DNA of 32,000 bases from Candidatus Saccharimonadota bacterium (lineage in GTDB: Bacteria; Pseudomonadota; Gammaproteobacteria; Enterobacterales; Enterobacteriaceae). How positions within the stretch are numbered: position 1 is the first letter of the stretch; the number at the start of each line of letters is the position of its first letter. Shown here one piece after another: positions 1 through 9,684 of this stretch. A program made the position numbers and the translations under genes. Where the stretch lies: positions 690,001 through 722,000 of the forward strand of contig NZ_CP046533.1 in the NCBI RefSeq assembly GCF_014857065.1, given 5' to 3'. The notes under the pieces are model-generated. The model was not told the DNA's origin and did not search any database. It worked only from the letters and a program-made list of their open reading frames with translations.

Positions 1-372
1 ATGGTATTGTTGTGCATGTTCTTCTATTGTTTGTTCGAGGTATCTAATATGTATATTATTTTTAAATGCGTGTAAATGAGCTGTTTTTAGTAGTTCTTTT
101 GCAACATCTATTCCTGTGACTTTAGCTCCTTCTCGAGCCATGCTTTCTGATAAGATGCCGCCCCCGCAACCTATATCTAAAACTTTTTTATTAAATAATC
201 CGTTTGAATGTTGGAGAATATAATTTAAACGTAATGGGTTTATTTGATGCAGTGATTTAAATTTATCTCTTTTTTTCCACCAAAGAAGAGCGGCGTTATT
301 GAATTTGTTGATTTCGTTTAAATCAATATTTATTGTATTTGATTTAAACTCATTTCTTATTTCTTTTATCAT
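1..372 (-). CDS. ubiG: Ubiquinone biosynthesis O-methyltransferase UbiG, N-terminal 124 codons (3' part lies beyond the window start)
   Basis: Absent from the ORF track because it is open at the window edge. Reverse-strand translation from ATG at 372..370 gives MIKEIRNEFKSNTINIDLNEINKFNNAALLWWKKRDKFKSLHQINPLRLNYILQHSNGLFNKKVLDIGCGGGILSESMAREGAKVTGIDV...EEHAQQYH. It carries the class I SAM-methyltransferase motif VLDIGCGGG and blocks matching E. coli UbiG (INPLRL, ESMAREGA, EEHA). It is divergent from gyrA, as in E. coli. Confidence 0.85.
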   Translation of the reverse strand, partial: MIKEIRNEFKSNTINIDLNEINKFNNAALLWWKKRDKFKSLHQINPLRLNYILQHSNGLFNKKVLDIGCGGGILSESMAREGAKVTGIDVAKELLKTAHLHAFKNNIHIRYLEQTIEEHAQQYH

Positions 373-549
373 GGTTTATGTTTTACTGTAATTATCAGTG
401 AATATAATTTGATCTTTTGACGTTTAGTTTGTTTTAATAGAGTACTTTGTTGCATTATAATATTTATTTTATACTATAATTAATTCTAGAAACAATAAAA
501 ACTGGAATTATTCATTGGGACTGATACTAAGATTATGGGGACATATTTA

Positions 550-3123
550 ATGAATGATCTTGCTAAAGAAATTGTACAGATTGATGTTGAAGAAGAATTA
601 AAAAGATCTTATTTGGACTATGCCATGTCTGTGATTATTGGTCGCGCTTTGCCAGATGTAAGAGATGGGTTAAAACCAGTACATCGTCGTATCTTATATG
701 CAATGCACGTCCTTGGTAACGATTATAATAAAGCATATAAAAAATCAGCACGTATAGTGGGTGATGTAATTGGTAAGTATCATCCTCACGGAGATTCAGC
801 GGTTTATGACACTATTGTGCGTATGGCTCAATTTTTTTCAATGCGTTATGTATTAATTGATGGTCAAGGTAATTTTGGTTCTATTGATGGGGATTCAGCA
901 GCGGCAATGCGTTATACCGAAATACGTATGTCTAAAATTGCCCGTGAATTATTATTAGATTTAGATCAAGAAACTGTTGATTATAGGTTAAATTATGATA
1001 GTACTGAACGTATACCTGAAGTTTTGCCTACTAGAATACCAAATTTATTGATTAATGGCAGTTCAGGGATCGCGGTGGGTATGGCTACTAATATCCCTCC
1101 ACATAATATTGCTGAAGTTGTCGATGGTTGTTTAGCTTTAATAGATGATGAAAATATTAGTATTGAAAAACTGATGGATTACATTCCTGGACCAGATTTT
1201 CCTACTGCTGCAATTATTAATAATAAAAGTGGTATTAAGGAGGCTTATTTAACCGGTAAAGGTAAGATATGTATTAAAGCGCGTGTTAAAATTGAAAGTG
1301 ATATTAAAACTGGACGAGAATCTATTGTTGTTTATGAACTTCCTTATCAAGTCAATAAATCACGTTTAATTGAAAAAATTGCTGAATTAGTAAAAGAGAA
1401 ACGTATCGAAGGAATAAGTGGATTACGTGATGAATCTGACAAAGATGGTATTCGTGTTGTTATTGAAGTCAAACGTGATGCTATAAGTGAGGTAGTTTTA
1501 AATAATTTATATTCTTTGACTCAGTTACAGGTTGTATTTGGTATGAATATGGTAGCTTTGTTTAATGGACAGCCTAAGATTCTTTCTCTTAAAGAAATTT
1601 TATCTGCTTTCATATATTATCGTAGAGAGGTTGTAACTAGACGTATGTTTTTTGAATTAAAAAAGGCACGTGACCGTGTTTCTATTTTGGAGGCATTAAC
1701 TGTTGCGTTATTTAATATTGATTCAATAATTGATATTATCCGCAAATCTATTAATTGTATGGAAGCTAATGTTAATTTAGTTTCTTGTTCTTGGTCATCT
1801 GGTGTTGTTGCTAAAATGCGAGAGACGATTGATGCCGACGTATTTAGATCCAAATGGTTAAAAATGGATTCATCTGTAGTTGATGGTAAATATTATTTTA
1901 CTGACTGTCAAGCTCAAGCCATTCTAGATTTGAGATTAAATAAACTTACTAGTTTAGAATACGAAAAGGTATTATGTGAATACAAAGATGTTTTAATTAA
2001 AATTAGTGATTTTATTAGAATATTACAGGATCCGCAATGTTTGACTGATATTATTCGTAAAGAATTAATAAATATTAAAGAGCAATATAGTGATGCACGT
2101 CGTACTGAAATTATTACTAATACCTCAGATATTGATATTGAAGATTTAATTAACCAAGAAAACGTTGTAGTTACATTATCTTATCAAGGTTATGTCAAGT
2201 ATCAACCATTAACAGATTATGAAGCACAGCGTCGTGGAGGTAAAGGAAAGTTAGCAACGCGTATTAAGGAAGAAGATTTTATTACTAGATTATTGGTTGC
2301 AAATACTCATGATACAATTTTATTGTTTTCTAATTATGGTCGTATGTATTGGATGAAAGTGTATCGTTTACCAATAGCTAGTCGTGGATCTCGCGGAAAG
2401 CCAATTATAAATTTATTGCCGTTGGAATTTGATGAGCGTATCACGGCTATTTTACCGTTACGTAAATATGAAAAAGGGTATTACGTATTTATGGCTACTG
2501 CTACTGGTATAGTTAAAAAGACTTCATTAACAGAATTCAGTCGTCCACGTAGTGTTGGTATTATTGCGATTAATCTTAATGATGGAGATGAATTAATAGG
2601 AGTTGATTTAACTGCTGGTGAAAGTGAGGTTATGTTGTTTTCTTCTTATGGAAAAGTAGTAAGATTTTCAGAAAAACAAGTACGCGGTATGGGTCGTGCA
2701 GCAATCGGTGTAAAGGGAATTAATTTGATAGAAGGTGATAGAGTAGTATCTCTTATTATACCCCGCAATGGTAGTTCAATTCTTACCGTGACTCAGCATG
2801 GTTATGGCAAGCGTACCGCTCAAATAGAATATCCTCTTAGATCCCGTGCTACTCAAGGTGTTATTTCTATCAAAGTTAGTGAACGTAATGGTAAAGTAGT
2901 GGGGGCCGTACAAGCAGATGATTGTGATCAAATTATGATGATTACAGATGCCGCTACTTTGGTTAGAATTCGTGTCTCTGAAGTTAATATTATTGGCCGT
3001 AATACTCAAGGAGTTATGTTAATTAGGACGGCTGAAGGTGAGCATGTGGTGGGGTTACAACGAGTTGCTGATTCGATGGATGATGATACTTCAGGACAAT
3101 TAGATACTAAATTTCTTCTATGA
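550..3123 (+). CDS. gyrA: DNA gyrase subunit A
   Basis: ORF 535..3123. Homology to E. coli GyrA (MSDLAREI...[34 protein letters not shown]) places the start at MNDLAKEI, i.e. ATG 550, with GGGGA at 537-541 as a Shine-Dalgarno-like site. The quinolone-resistance region reads [10 protein letters not shown] (wild-type Ser83/Asp87 equivalents). Near full length relative to E. coli. Confidence 0.97.
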   Translation: MNDLAKEIVQIDVEEELKRSYLDYAMSVIIGRALPDVRDGLKPVHRRILYAMHVLGNDYNKAYKKSARIVGDVIGKYHPHGDSAVYDTIVRMAQFFSMRYVLIDGQGNFGSIDGDSAAAMRYTEIRMSKIARELLLDLDQETVDYRLNYDSTERIPEVLPTRIPNLLINGSSGIAVGMATNIPPHNIAEVVDGCLALIDDENISIEKLMDYIPGPDFPTAAIINNKSGIKEAYLTGKGKICIKARVKIESDIKTGRESIVVYELPYQVNKSRLIEKIAELVKEKRIEGISGLRDESDKDGIRVVIEVKRDAISEVVLNNLYSLTQLQVVFGMNMVALFNGQPKILSLKEILSAFIYYRREVVTRRMFFELKKARDRVSILEALTVALFNIDSIIDIIRKSINCMEANVNLVSCSWSSGVVAKMRETIDADVFRSKWLKMDSSVVDGKYYFTDCQAQAILDLRLNKLTSLEYEKVLCEYKDVLIKISDFIRILQDPQCLTDIIRKELINIKEQYSDARRTEIITNTSDIDIEDLINQENVVVTLSYQGYVKYQPLTDYEAQRRGGKGKLATRIKEEDFITRLLVANTHDTILLFSNYGRMYWMKVYRLPIASRGSRGKPIINLLPLEFDERITAILPLRKYEKGYYVFMATATGIVKKTSLTEFSRPRSVGIIAINLNDGDELIGVDLTAGESEVMLFSSYGKVVRFSEKQVRGMGRAAIGVKGINLIEGDRVVSLIIPRNGSSILTVTQHGYGKRTAQIEYPLRSRATQGVISIKVSERNGKVVGAVQADDCDQIMMITDAATLVRIRVSEVNIIGRNTQGVMLIRTAEGEHVVGLQRVADSMDDDTSGQLDTKFLL

Positions 3124-3595
3124 TTTATGATAATTATCTGAACAACTATTATAAAATTTATAAATTTAGAATTTCTTATTTTTTGTGTTACTGCTGTTAT
3201 TTTCTTTTTTTTTAGATTACAATCTTAAGTTTTAAAATTTACTTCAATTGAACTGGAAATTGTAGTTCTGTGAGAAATTCTAAATTGCTATAATGTTTAG
3301 TAGATTACTTTGTGATTTTGTGATATTATGAACCGATGTTTATGCTTGAATAAATAATGTTTTTTGTATAAGATATGATTTTGTTTATTTTAGATGGATT
3401 ATTTATTTTGTAAAATTCGAGATTTTTGTTTATAATGGTTAGTTGGTTGAATTATTGTTTTTTATTTTTAGAGTGTGGTGTTTTATTTATTATTTTAGAT
3501 CTATGTAATTTAATAGATAGATTTTGACGATGAGAATCATGGAAGTAAAGATTGAGTTGTTAAACAGTGGTATTAATAAATAATGAGGTAATAAT

Positions 3596-4789
3596 ATGAA
3601 ATTACGGTATCTTAATGTGCTGGTTTCTACTGTGTTTGCAGCAGGTATTGTGAATGCTGCTGAAATTTATAATAAAGATGGTAGTGCATTAGATCTTTTT
3701 GGTACATTTAATAGTGGGTATTATTTATCTGATGATTCCAGCAAAAATAGAAATCGTTCTCTTGTGCGTTATGGAGTGTTTGGTAAAACTCAAGTTAATG
3801 AGCATTTTGTTGGTTTTGGCATGTTGGAATATGAACATGGGCTTCAGTATGTTGAATATGATAATACCAAAAATGGTAAAGTGCGTCTTGGTTATGTTGG
3901 TATAAAATGTGGTGATTTCGGTCAGATTGATTATGGTAGAAATTATGGATTGTTATATGATGTTGGTTCTTGGACTGACGTTATGCCAGAATTTGGTGGT
4001 GATAATTTTGTCGCAGATAATTTTCTTTTAAATCGTGCCTCAAATGTTTTTACTTACCGTAATACTAATTTGTTTGGTTTAGTCAATGGGCTTAATTTTT
4101 CTTTGCAATATCAAGGTGAAAACAATGAAAATAGTCTTATTCGTAAAGGACGTAGTTTAAAAGAGTCTAACGGAGAAGGTTATGGTGTTTCTATTGTTTA
4201 TAATCTTGATTATGGTATAGCTGCTTCTGTTGCTTATTCTAACAGTAAACGCACTGCTGGCCAGATAGCTTTAGATGCTAATAACAGCGTTGGTGTAGCA
4301 AATAATGCTTCAGCTTATTCTTTTGGTCTAAAATATGATGATAATAATGTTTATTTAGCGGCATTATATGGTGAGACTCGTCATATGGCTCCGTTTGGTG
4401 ATTTTGTTGTTCCAACAGTGAATGTTACTACTGGTGACTCTGCTAATGATGGTAGTAGTGTGATAGATGAAGCATCAGAACATCGACAACAATATGGTTT
4501 CATTAATAAGGCAGTTAATATTGAATTCGTTGCTCAATATCAATTTGATTTTGGTTTACGTCCATCCGTGGGTTATTTACATTCAAGAGTTGATGATTCA
4601 AGTGACAATTCTAATAATAATTATTTAAGAAGATATTTTGAAGTTGGTACTACTTATAATCTTAATAAGAACATCTTAACTAAGGTTGATTATCGGGTTA
4701 ATTTAATTAAGAAAGAAGATAATTTTGTTAAGTTGATGAATTTACCTGTGGGTAATGTTTTCTCTTTAGGCATGTCTTATACTTTTTAG
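3596..4789 (+). CDS. ompF: General diffusion porin, OmpF/OmpC family (16-strand beta-barrel)
   Basis: Signal peptide MKLRYLNVLVSTVFAAGIVNA followed by AEIYNKDG. Conserved blocks are IDYGRNYGLLYDVGSWTDVMPEFGGD, LKYDDNNVYLAALYGETR and AQYQFDFGLRPS, with a C-terminal ...GMSYTF ending in Phe. GAGGT Shine-Dalgarno lies about 7 nt upstream of the ATG. Motifs lean towards OmpF while the position next to gyrA resembles ompC, so the ortholog assignment is uncertain. Confidence 0.9.
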   Translation: MKLRYLNVLVSTVFAAGIVNAAEIYNKDGSALDLFGTFNSGYYLSDDSSKNRNRSLVRYGVFGKTQVNEHFVGFGMLEYEHGLQYVEYDNTKNGKVRLGYVGIKCGDFGQIDYGRNYGLLYDVGSWTDVMPEFGGDNFVADNFLLNRASNVFTYRNTNLFGLVNGLNFSLQYQGENNENSLIRKGRSLKESNGEGYGVSIVYNLDYGIAASVAYSNSKRTAGQIALDANNSVGVANNASAYSFGLKYDDNNVYLAALYGETRHMAPFGDFVVPTVNVTTGDSANDGSSVIDEASEHRQQYGFINKAVNIEFVAQYQFDFGLRPSVGYLHSRVDDSSDNSNNNYLRRYFEVGTTYNLNKNILTKVDYRVNLIKKEDNFVKLMNLPVGNVFSLGMSYTF

Positions 4790-4811
4790 TGTATTGTATT
4801 ATTTTGGTTAT

Positions 4812-4858
4812 CAACACAATAGCAGGCAGATCATGAAAACTGCTTTGCTATTGTGTTG
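4812..4858 (+). terminator. Stem-loop downstream of the porin gene, probable intrinsic terminator
   Basis: CAACACAATAGCA (4812-4824) pairs perfectly with TGCTATTGTGTTG (4846-4858). An inner GCAG/CTGC extension is possible. A T-rich tract follows (TTGTAGTTTGTTATTTTG). It begins 22 nt after the porin stop codon. Confidence 0.6.
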
Positions 4859-4930
4859 TTGTAGTTTGTTATTTTGATTTAATTATTTACTGTATTTAAT
4901 TTAATTTTATTATTTTATTTAAGGGAATTG

Positions 4931-6031
4931 ATGGTTAAGTTAAGGGTCGGTATTATTTTTGGAGGAAGTTCTATGGAACATGAAATATCGATTTTATCAG
5001 CCAAGAATATAGTATATTTTATAGATAAAAAATGTTTTGAAGTTATCTTGTTGATGATTGATAAGCAAGGTAAATGGTATGTAAATGATTTGTCTTCTTG
5101 TTCTTTAGAAAATGTAGATTTTAATTCTGTAGATTTGTTTTCTGATCTTGTTAAGAATAGTATCAATAATGTTTCCTTATTTTTAGGAAAATTTCCTCAC
5201 CAGTTTGCTTATTTTGATAATTTTAATTCACTATTAAAAATTGATGTTATTTTCCCTGTTGTGCATGGTGAAATAGGCGAGGATGGTACTTTACAGGGTT
5301 TATTACATATGAGTAATTTACCTTTTGTTGGATCCGGTGTTTTGGGTTCAGCAATAGGTATGGATAAAGATATAACTAAACGTTTATTACGCGCCTATGA
5401 TTTAAAAGTTACTCCTAGTATGACGTTGTTTTATAATGATCATGTAGATCTTAAATTTGAATATTTTGCTGATATTTTAGGTTGTCCATTATTTATCAAA
5501 CCTGTAAATCAAGGTTCTTCAATTGGTATATCAAAGGTATTTAACGAAAATGATTTCAATCAAGCATTAACATTAGCTTTTAGTTTTAGTTCTAAGATTT
5601 TATTAGAATCTGTAATTATTGGTCGTGAATTGAGTTGTGCTGTGTTAGGTAATACAGCGCTGTGTACTAGTTTATGTGGCGAGGTTTTATTTCATAACGG
5701 TTTTTATAATTATCAAAGAAAGAATATAGATAATGAAAGTGTGAAATTAATCATTCCTGCTAGGATAAATGATCAAATTGCCTTAAAAATTCGTTGTATA
5801 TCTAAAAGGGTATTTAAAATATTAAATTGTTTAGGTATGGCACGCATAGATTTTTTTTTGACGCAAGATAATCAGATTATGATTAATGAAGTAAATACAC
5901 ATCCTGGATTTACTTTGAATAGTATATATCCAAAATTATGGGCATCAAGTGGTTTGTGTTGCACAATGTTAATTACTAGATTAATTGAATTGGCAATCGA
6001 ATTACATAATAATAAAAATGATAAGACTTAG
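4931..6031 (+). CDS. ddlA: D-alanine--D-alanine ligase, DdlA type
   Basis: MVKLRVGIIFGGSSMEHEISILSAKNIV... parallels E. coli DdlA [28 protein letters not shown]. ATP-grasp blocks present: GEDGTLQG, KPVNQGSSIGISKV, MARIDFFL, NEVNTHPGFT. The track starts at TTG 4928; ATG 4931 after AAGGGA (4921-4926) is more likely. Confidence 0.93.
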   Translation: MVKLRVGIIFGGSSMEHEISILSAKNIVYFIDKKCFEVILLMIDKQGKWYVNDLSSCSLENVDFNSVDLFSDLVKNSINNVSLFLGKFPHQFAYFDNFNSLLKIDVIFPVVHGEIGEDGTLQGLLHMSNLPFVGSGVLGSAIGMDKDITKRLLRAYDLKVTPSMTLFYNDHVDLKFEYFADILGCPLFIKPVNQGSSIGISKVFNENDFNQALTLAFSFSSKILLESVIIGRELSCAVLGNTALCTSLCGEVLFHNGFYNYQRKNIDNESVKLIIPARINDQIALKIRCISKRVFKILNCLGMARIDFFLTQDNQIMINEVNTHPGFTLNSIYPKLWASSGLCCTMLITRLIELAIELHNNKNDKT

Positions 6032-6126
6032 TTAAGTTTTAATAATTTATTATTTTGTCTTTTATATATTTTATGAGCAATCAAATAATTAGTTTGAATG
6101 TATTATTTATAAGTTTTATCTAAATT

Positions 6127-6414
6127 TTAGTTTACTTGAAAAAAATCAATATGTAGAAAGTTATTTTTAAAGGGATGGTATTGTATTTCTTGGATTTTTG
6201 CTATCATTTTGTTCTGGTCTAAAATTAGGATTACTTCTTGTCCGTGTAACCCTTGTAAGTCGCGAATATTAAGTGATTTGCTATAGTTTAGTTGAATCGC
6301 AACTGATTTTCCTTGTTTGTTATATAAAATTGCAGGATATAAATTTTTGGATCTTAAGCGTCGGCTTGCTCTTTTACCTTTTTTTTCGCGTATTGTGGCA
6401 TGTAAAGTCATCAT
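6127..6414 (-). CDS. rplY: 50S ribosomal protein L25
   Basis: ORF 6127..6462. MMTLHATIREKKGKRASRRLRSKNLYPAILY aligns residue for residue with the E. coli L25 N-terminus [31 protein letters not shown]. The start is therefore ATG 6414, and the upstream 16 codons are a spurious extension. The short (about 95 aa) enterobacterial L25 form. Confidence 0.9.
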   Translation of the reverse strand: MMTLHATIREKKGKRASRRLRSKNLYPAILYNKQGKSVAIQLNYSKSLNIRDLQGLHGQEVILILDQNKMIAKIQEIQYHPFKNNFLHIDFFQVN

Positions 6415-6694
6415 TTTATTAGTTATTACATTATCCAAGATTTTATGAAATATAATAAACACAATATCAAAAAGTATTTAATATAACAAATAAAAGTTTT
6501 ATGTTTGTTCATTAAACATACAGTGTCAAATGATTAAGCGTTATGATAATTGTTCTTATTTAAAAATAAATGAAATTAGCGAATAAATATGTTACCCTTA
6601 ATGCAGGTTTTTGTAACTTTGTTAAGTTTAATTAAATAATTTATTCTTATGTTTATGTAATGTATAGTTTTTTATCTTGGTGTATTTATCTTGC

Positions 6695-6740
6695 AAACAT
6701 CACTTTAAACAATATACATATATTGTTTAAAGTGATGTTT
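6695..6740. repeat. Perfect 46-nt palindrome (21-bp arms, 4-nt centre ACAT) in the rplY/folE divergent spacer
   Basis: AAACATCACTTTAAACAATAT-ACAT-ATATTGTTTAAAGTGATGTTT, read directly from the sequence. It ends 46 nt upstream of the folE ATG. Confidence 0.95.
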
Positions 6741-6786
6741 GGGTATTTTGTAAAATTGTCGGTATATGTTTGGAGGTTTTTGAACT

Positions 6787-7446
6787 ATGTCAGGTTGGAC
6801 AGATGAAGCTATACTAGTTTATAATGCCTTGTTATCGCATGGATTAGAAGCTCCTGTTGTAAATAAAAGAATAGATACTACTATTAGTAAAGATAATATT
6901 GCGACATGTATTACAGAAATTATGAGTTGGCTAAATTTGAATTTAGAGGAAGAAAGTATCGTAGATACACCAAATCGTATTGCAAAAATGTATGTTGAAG
7001 AATTATTTTCAGGTTTAGATTATTCTAATTTCCCTAAAATTAGAATAATAAAAAATAAAATGAAAATTAATGAAATGATTACGATACGTGATATTACTTT
7101 GACTAGCACATGTGAACATCATTTTATAATTTTTGATGGTAAAGCTACGGTTGCCTATATACCCAAAGATATTGTAATTGGTTTGTCAAAAATTAACAGA
7201 ATAGTACGCTTTTTTTCTCAAAGACCGCAAGTACAGGAGCGCTTAACTAAGCAAATATTTTTTGCTTTGCAAGCATTACTTAATACTAAAAATGTAGCAA
7301 TATTTATCAATGCAGTACATTTTTGTGTTAAAGCACGGGGTATATGTGATACTAATACTATCACTACTACTACTTCTTTAGGCGGATTATTTAAGTATAG
7401 TAAAAATGTTCGTCGAGAATTTTTGCGTTATATGACGTCAAGATAG
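6787..7446 (+). CDS. folE: GTP cyclohydrolase I (FolE type 1)
   Basis: 219 aa. Blocks [63 protein letters not shown] and TTTTSLGG closely match E. coli FolE. GGAGG at 6772-6776 lies upstream of ATG 6787. Confidence 0.96.
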   Translation: MSGWTDEAILVYNALLSHGLEAPVVNKRIDTTISKDNIATCITEIMSWLNLNLEEESIVDTPNRIAKMYVEELFSGLDYSNFPKIRIIKNKMKINEMITIRDITLTSTCEHHFIIFDGKATVAYIPKDIVIGLSKINRIVRFFSQRPQVQERLTKQIFFALQALLNTKNVAIFINAVHFCVKARGICDTNTITTTTSLGGLFKYSKNVRREFLRYMTSR

Positions 7447-7476
7447 TATAAAGGTAAAAGTTTTTGTATTGATTTA

Positions 7477-7494
7477 TCGACATTTAAATGTCGA
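7477..7494. terminator. Short palindrome between convergent folE and metG (possible weak bidirectional terminator)
   Basis: TCGACATTTAAATGTCGA is a perfect 18-nt palindrome 30 nt after the folE stop. The stem is short and AT-rich and the flanking T tract is poor. Confidence 0.3.
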
Positions 7495-7619
7495 CTGATA
7501 TTTCCCGTTTTAGTTGATTATTTGAAGTTATTAGTAATTAACTTTAAAGGGATTTAACAGAACGTTAGATTTATTACATTATGTTATTATTTTAGTAGGT
7601 TTTTTAATTTATTTGGCTA

Positions 7620-9275
7620 TTATTTATTTTGATATTTTGATTTTGATATTAAGTTTTCAATTTGTTTATTGTTAATGCGTCTTAGTAATATCTTAAATAC
7701 GTTAATATTGTGTCGTTTAAGTGGTTGTGTGATACTTTTCCACGTTAGGATTGTGTTTAGGAATTTTTCGCTATTTTGAGCTAAATGAGGTACGACAGGT
7801 TTTAGGTAGGTTATCAGAATACGAAATAATTGGATTCCCATTGAACAAATATCTTGTATGTGTTGCATATTTTTGTTTGAATGTTTAGCAATTGCCCAGG
7901 GAGCTTGTTGATCTATATAACGGTTAGCTAAGTCAGCTAGTTTAATAATTTCTTTCATTGCAACTTTTAATTTGCGTTCTTGAAAGGCCTTGCCAATTAG
8001 ATCAGATGAATCTATGAATATGTTATATATTTTTTGATCAATTAAGTTATCTGAAATTTTACCATGAAAATATTTATTAATAAAACTTGCACTTCGGGAC
8101 GCTAAATTGATTACTTTATTGATTATGTCAGCATTAACTCTGTAGATAAAATCTGAAAAATTAATATCAATATCATTTATGTTAGACGATAATTTGGTTG
8201 CATAATAATAACGTAGATAATCTGGATGTAAATAAGTTAAATAAGTACTAGCTTTAATAACTGTCCCTCTGGATTTGGACATTTTTCTTCCATTTATTGT
8301 TATATAACCGTGAACAAATAAATTGGTTGGGATACGAAAATTACTTCCTTTTAACAGAGCCGGCCAGAATAAACTATGAAAATAAATAATATCTTTACCA
8401 ATAAAATGGTATAATTCGCTATCTGTGTTAGTATCCCAAAAATCTTCAAAGCATATATCATTACGTTTATTACAGAGATTTTTTAAACTACCCATATAGC
8501 CTATTGGAGCATCTAACCAAACGTAAAAATATTTATTAATAGTGTTGGGAATTGTAAAACCAAAATATGGGGCATCTCTAGAGATATCCCATTCCCGTAA
8601 TCCTGTTTTAAACCACTCTTCTAGTTTCTTAATTATTTCTTTTTGTAATAATCCAGATTTAATCCAATTTAATAAAACGTCAGTGAATATTGGTAAATTA
8701 AAGAAGAAATGTTCAGATTTTTTTAATACTGGGATGCTATTTGAAATTGTTGATTTTGGTTTTATTAGATGTATTGAATCATAAATAGCACCGCATATTT
8801 CACAATTATCCCCATATTGATCAGGAGCCTTGCATGATGGACAAGAGCCCTTGACCATTCTATCTGGAAGAAAGATTTTTTTTTCAGGATCATACAGTTG
8901 AGAGATAAAACGAGATTTAATTAAACCATTGTTTTTTAGGCGAGTATATATTATATTCAATAACTTACGATTTTCTTCACTATGGGTGGTATAGTAGTTA
9001 TCGTAATTAATACCAAAACCTACAAGATCTTTTTTATGTTTTTGATAAATTTTCTTAATCATTGTTTCTGGTGTAATTTTTAGTTTTTTTGCTTTTAGCA
9101 TGATTGGCGTGCCGTGAGCATCGTCAGCAGATATGAATATGATGTTTTTGCCTTGCATTTTTTGATAACGTACCCAGATATCAGCTTGAATATGTTCCAA
9201 TATATGACCTAAATGAAGATCACCATTAGCATAAGGTAATGCACATGTAACTAATATTTTTTTGTTTTTATTCAT
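7620..9275 (-). CDS. metG: Methionyl-tRNA synthetase, catalytic core plus anticodon-binding domain only (551 aa)
   Basis: [37 protein letters not shown] carries the HIGH-type motif HLGH. KMSKS is present (GRKMSKSRG), as is the zinc knuckle [24 protein letters not shown] lies upstream of the ATG. It ends about 125 aa earlier than the 677-aa E. coli enzyme. Confidence 0.96.
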   Translation of the reverse strand: MNKNKKILVTCALPYANGDLHLGHILEHIQADIWVRYQKMQGKNIIFISADDAHGTPIMLKAKKLKITPETMIKKIYQKHKKDLVGFGINYDNYYTTHSEENRKLLNIIYTRLKNNGLIKSRFISQLYDPEKKIFLPDRMVKGSCPSCKAPDQYGDNCEICGAIYDSIHLIKPKSTISNSIPVLKKSEHFFFNLPIFTDVLLNWIKSGLLQKEIIKKLEEWFKTGLREWDISRDAPYFGFTIPNTINKYFYVWLDAPIGYMGSLKNLCNKRNDICFEDFWDTNTDSELYHFIGKDIIYFHSLFWPALLKGSNFRIPTNLFVHGYITINGRKMSKSRGTVIKASTYLTYLHPDYLRYYYATKLSSNINDIDINFSDFIYRVNADIINKVINLASRSASFINKYFHGKISDNLIDQKIYNIFIDSSDLIGKAFQERKLKVAMKEIIKLADLANRYIDQQAPWAIAKHSNKNMQHIQDICSMGIQLFRILITYLKPVVPHLAQNSEKFLNTILTWKSITQPLKRHNINVFKILLRRINNKQIENLISKSKYQNK

Positions 9276-9684
9276 AACTACCTTAATTTATGTAAATGTG
9301 CTAACTATTAATATTTTGGTAAAGAGTTCATTTTAATTAACAGTTAACCGATTATGCTAACATAGTTTATAAGATTTATAAATCTTTGTACTATATTAAA
9401 AATTGTATTTTGGTTTAACTAAAATATATAAATTTTATTAATTTGATAATATTTATATTTAATAAATAATTAGAATTTCATATATACATTTGTATTTATG
9501 TGTAATATGATGTAAACTACTTGAAGTAGGTTTTGATTTTATAATTTTTTAATTAATAAATTTATAATTGTAGTAAAAGTTAGTTTTTATTTTAAATTGT
9601 AGTATTTTCATGCTTTTATGCATGGTATTTGGTTTGTAGAGTAAGTTTTGGTACTTGATTATAAATAGATTAAAGGAATTACTC

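Noticed and set aside
417-480. Promoter-like hexamers upstream of gyrA (TTGACG at 417-422; TATAAT-like at 456-461 and about 475-480), and many similar ones in other spacers.
   Set aside because: TATAAT-like hexamers are ubiquitous in about 70% A+T DNA, and the spacing to the -35-like element is not canonical. I cannot support promoter calls from sequence alone.
535-549. N-terminal extensions in the ORF track: gyrA from 535, ddlA from TTG 4928, rplY from 6462, gnd from TTG 9655, murJ from GTG 24520.
   Set aside because: Alignment with the E. coli N-termini places the true starts at 550, 4931, 6414, 9685 and 24532, and Shine-Dalgarno-like sites support the gyrA, ddlA and gnd calls. The extensions have no homologous counterpart.
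1617-1853. 78-aa minus-strand ORF inside gyrA; also 2776..3009 (-), likewise inside gyrA.
   Set aside because: Both lie entirely antisense within a highly conserved CDS. Their low-complexity products have no recognisable motifs. These are typical shadow ORFs of an AT-rich genome.
3699-3905. 68-aa + strand ORF overlapping the porin gene in another frame.
   Set aside because: It is an out-of-frame overlap with a well-supported porin CDS. It has no ribosome-binding site, and its hydrophobic composition is an artefact of T-rich codons.
4915-5166. 83-aa minus-strand ORF over the ddlA 5' region.
   Set aside because: It is antisense to the conserved ddlA N-terminus and has no homology signal.
8542-8784. 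80-aa + strand ORF inside metG.
   Set aside because: It is antisense to the conserved MetRS Zn-knuckle region. A shadow ORF.
9371-9386. AT-only palindromes such as AAGATTTATAAATCTT (9371-9386) and AAATTTATAAATTT (about 3154-3167).
   Set aside because: Short A/T palindromes are expected by chance at this base composition and would form very weak stems.
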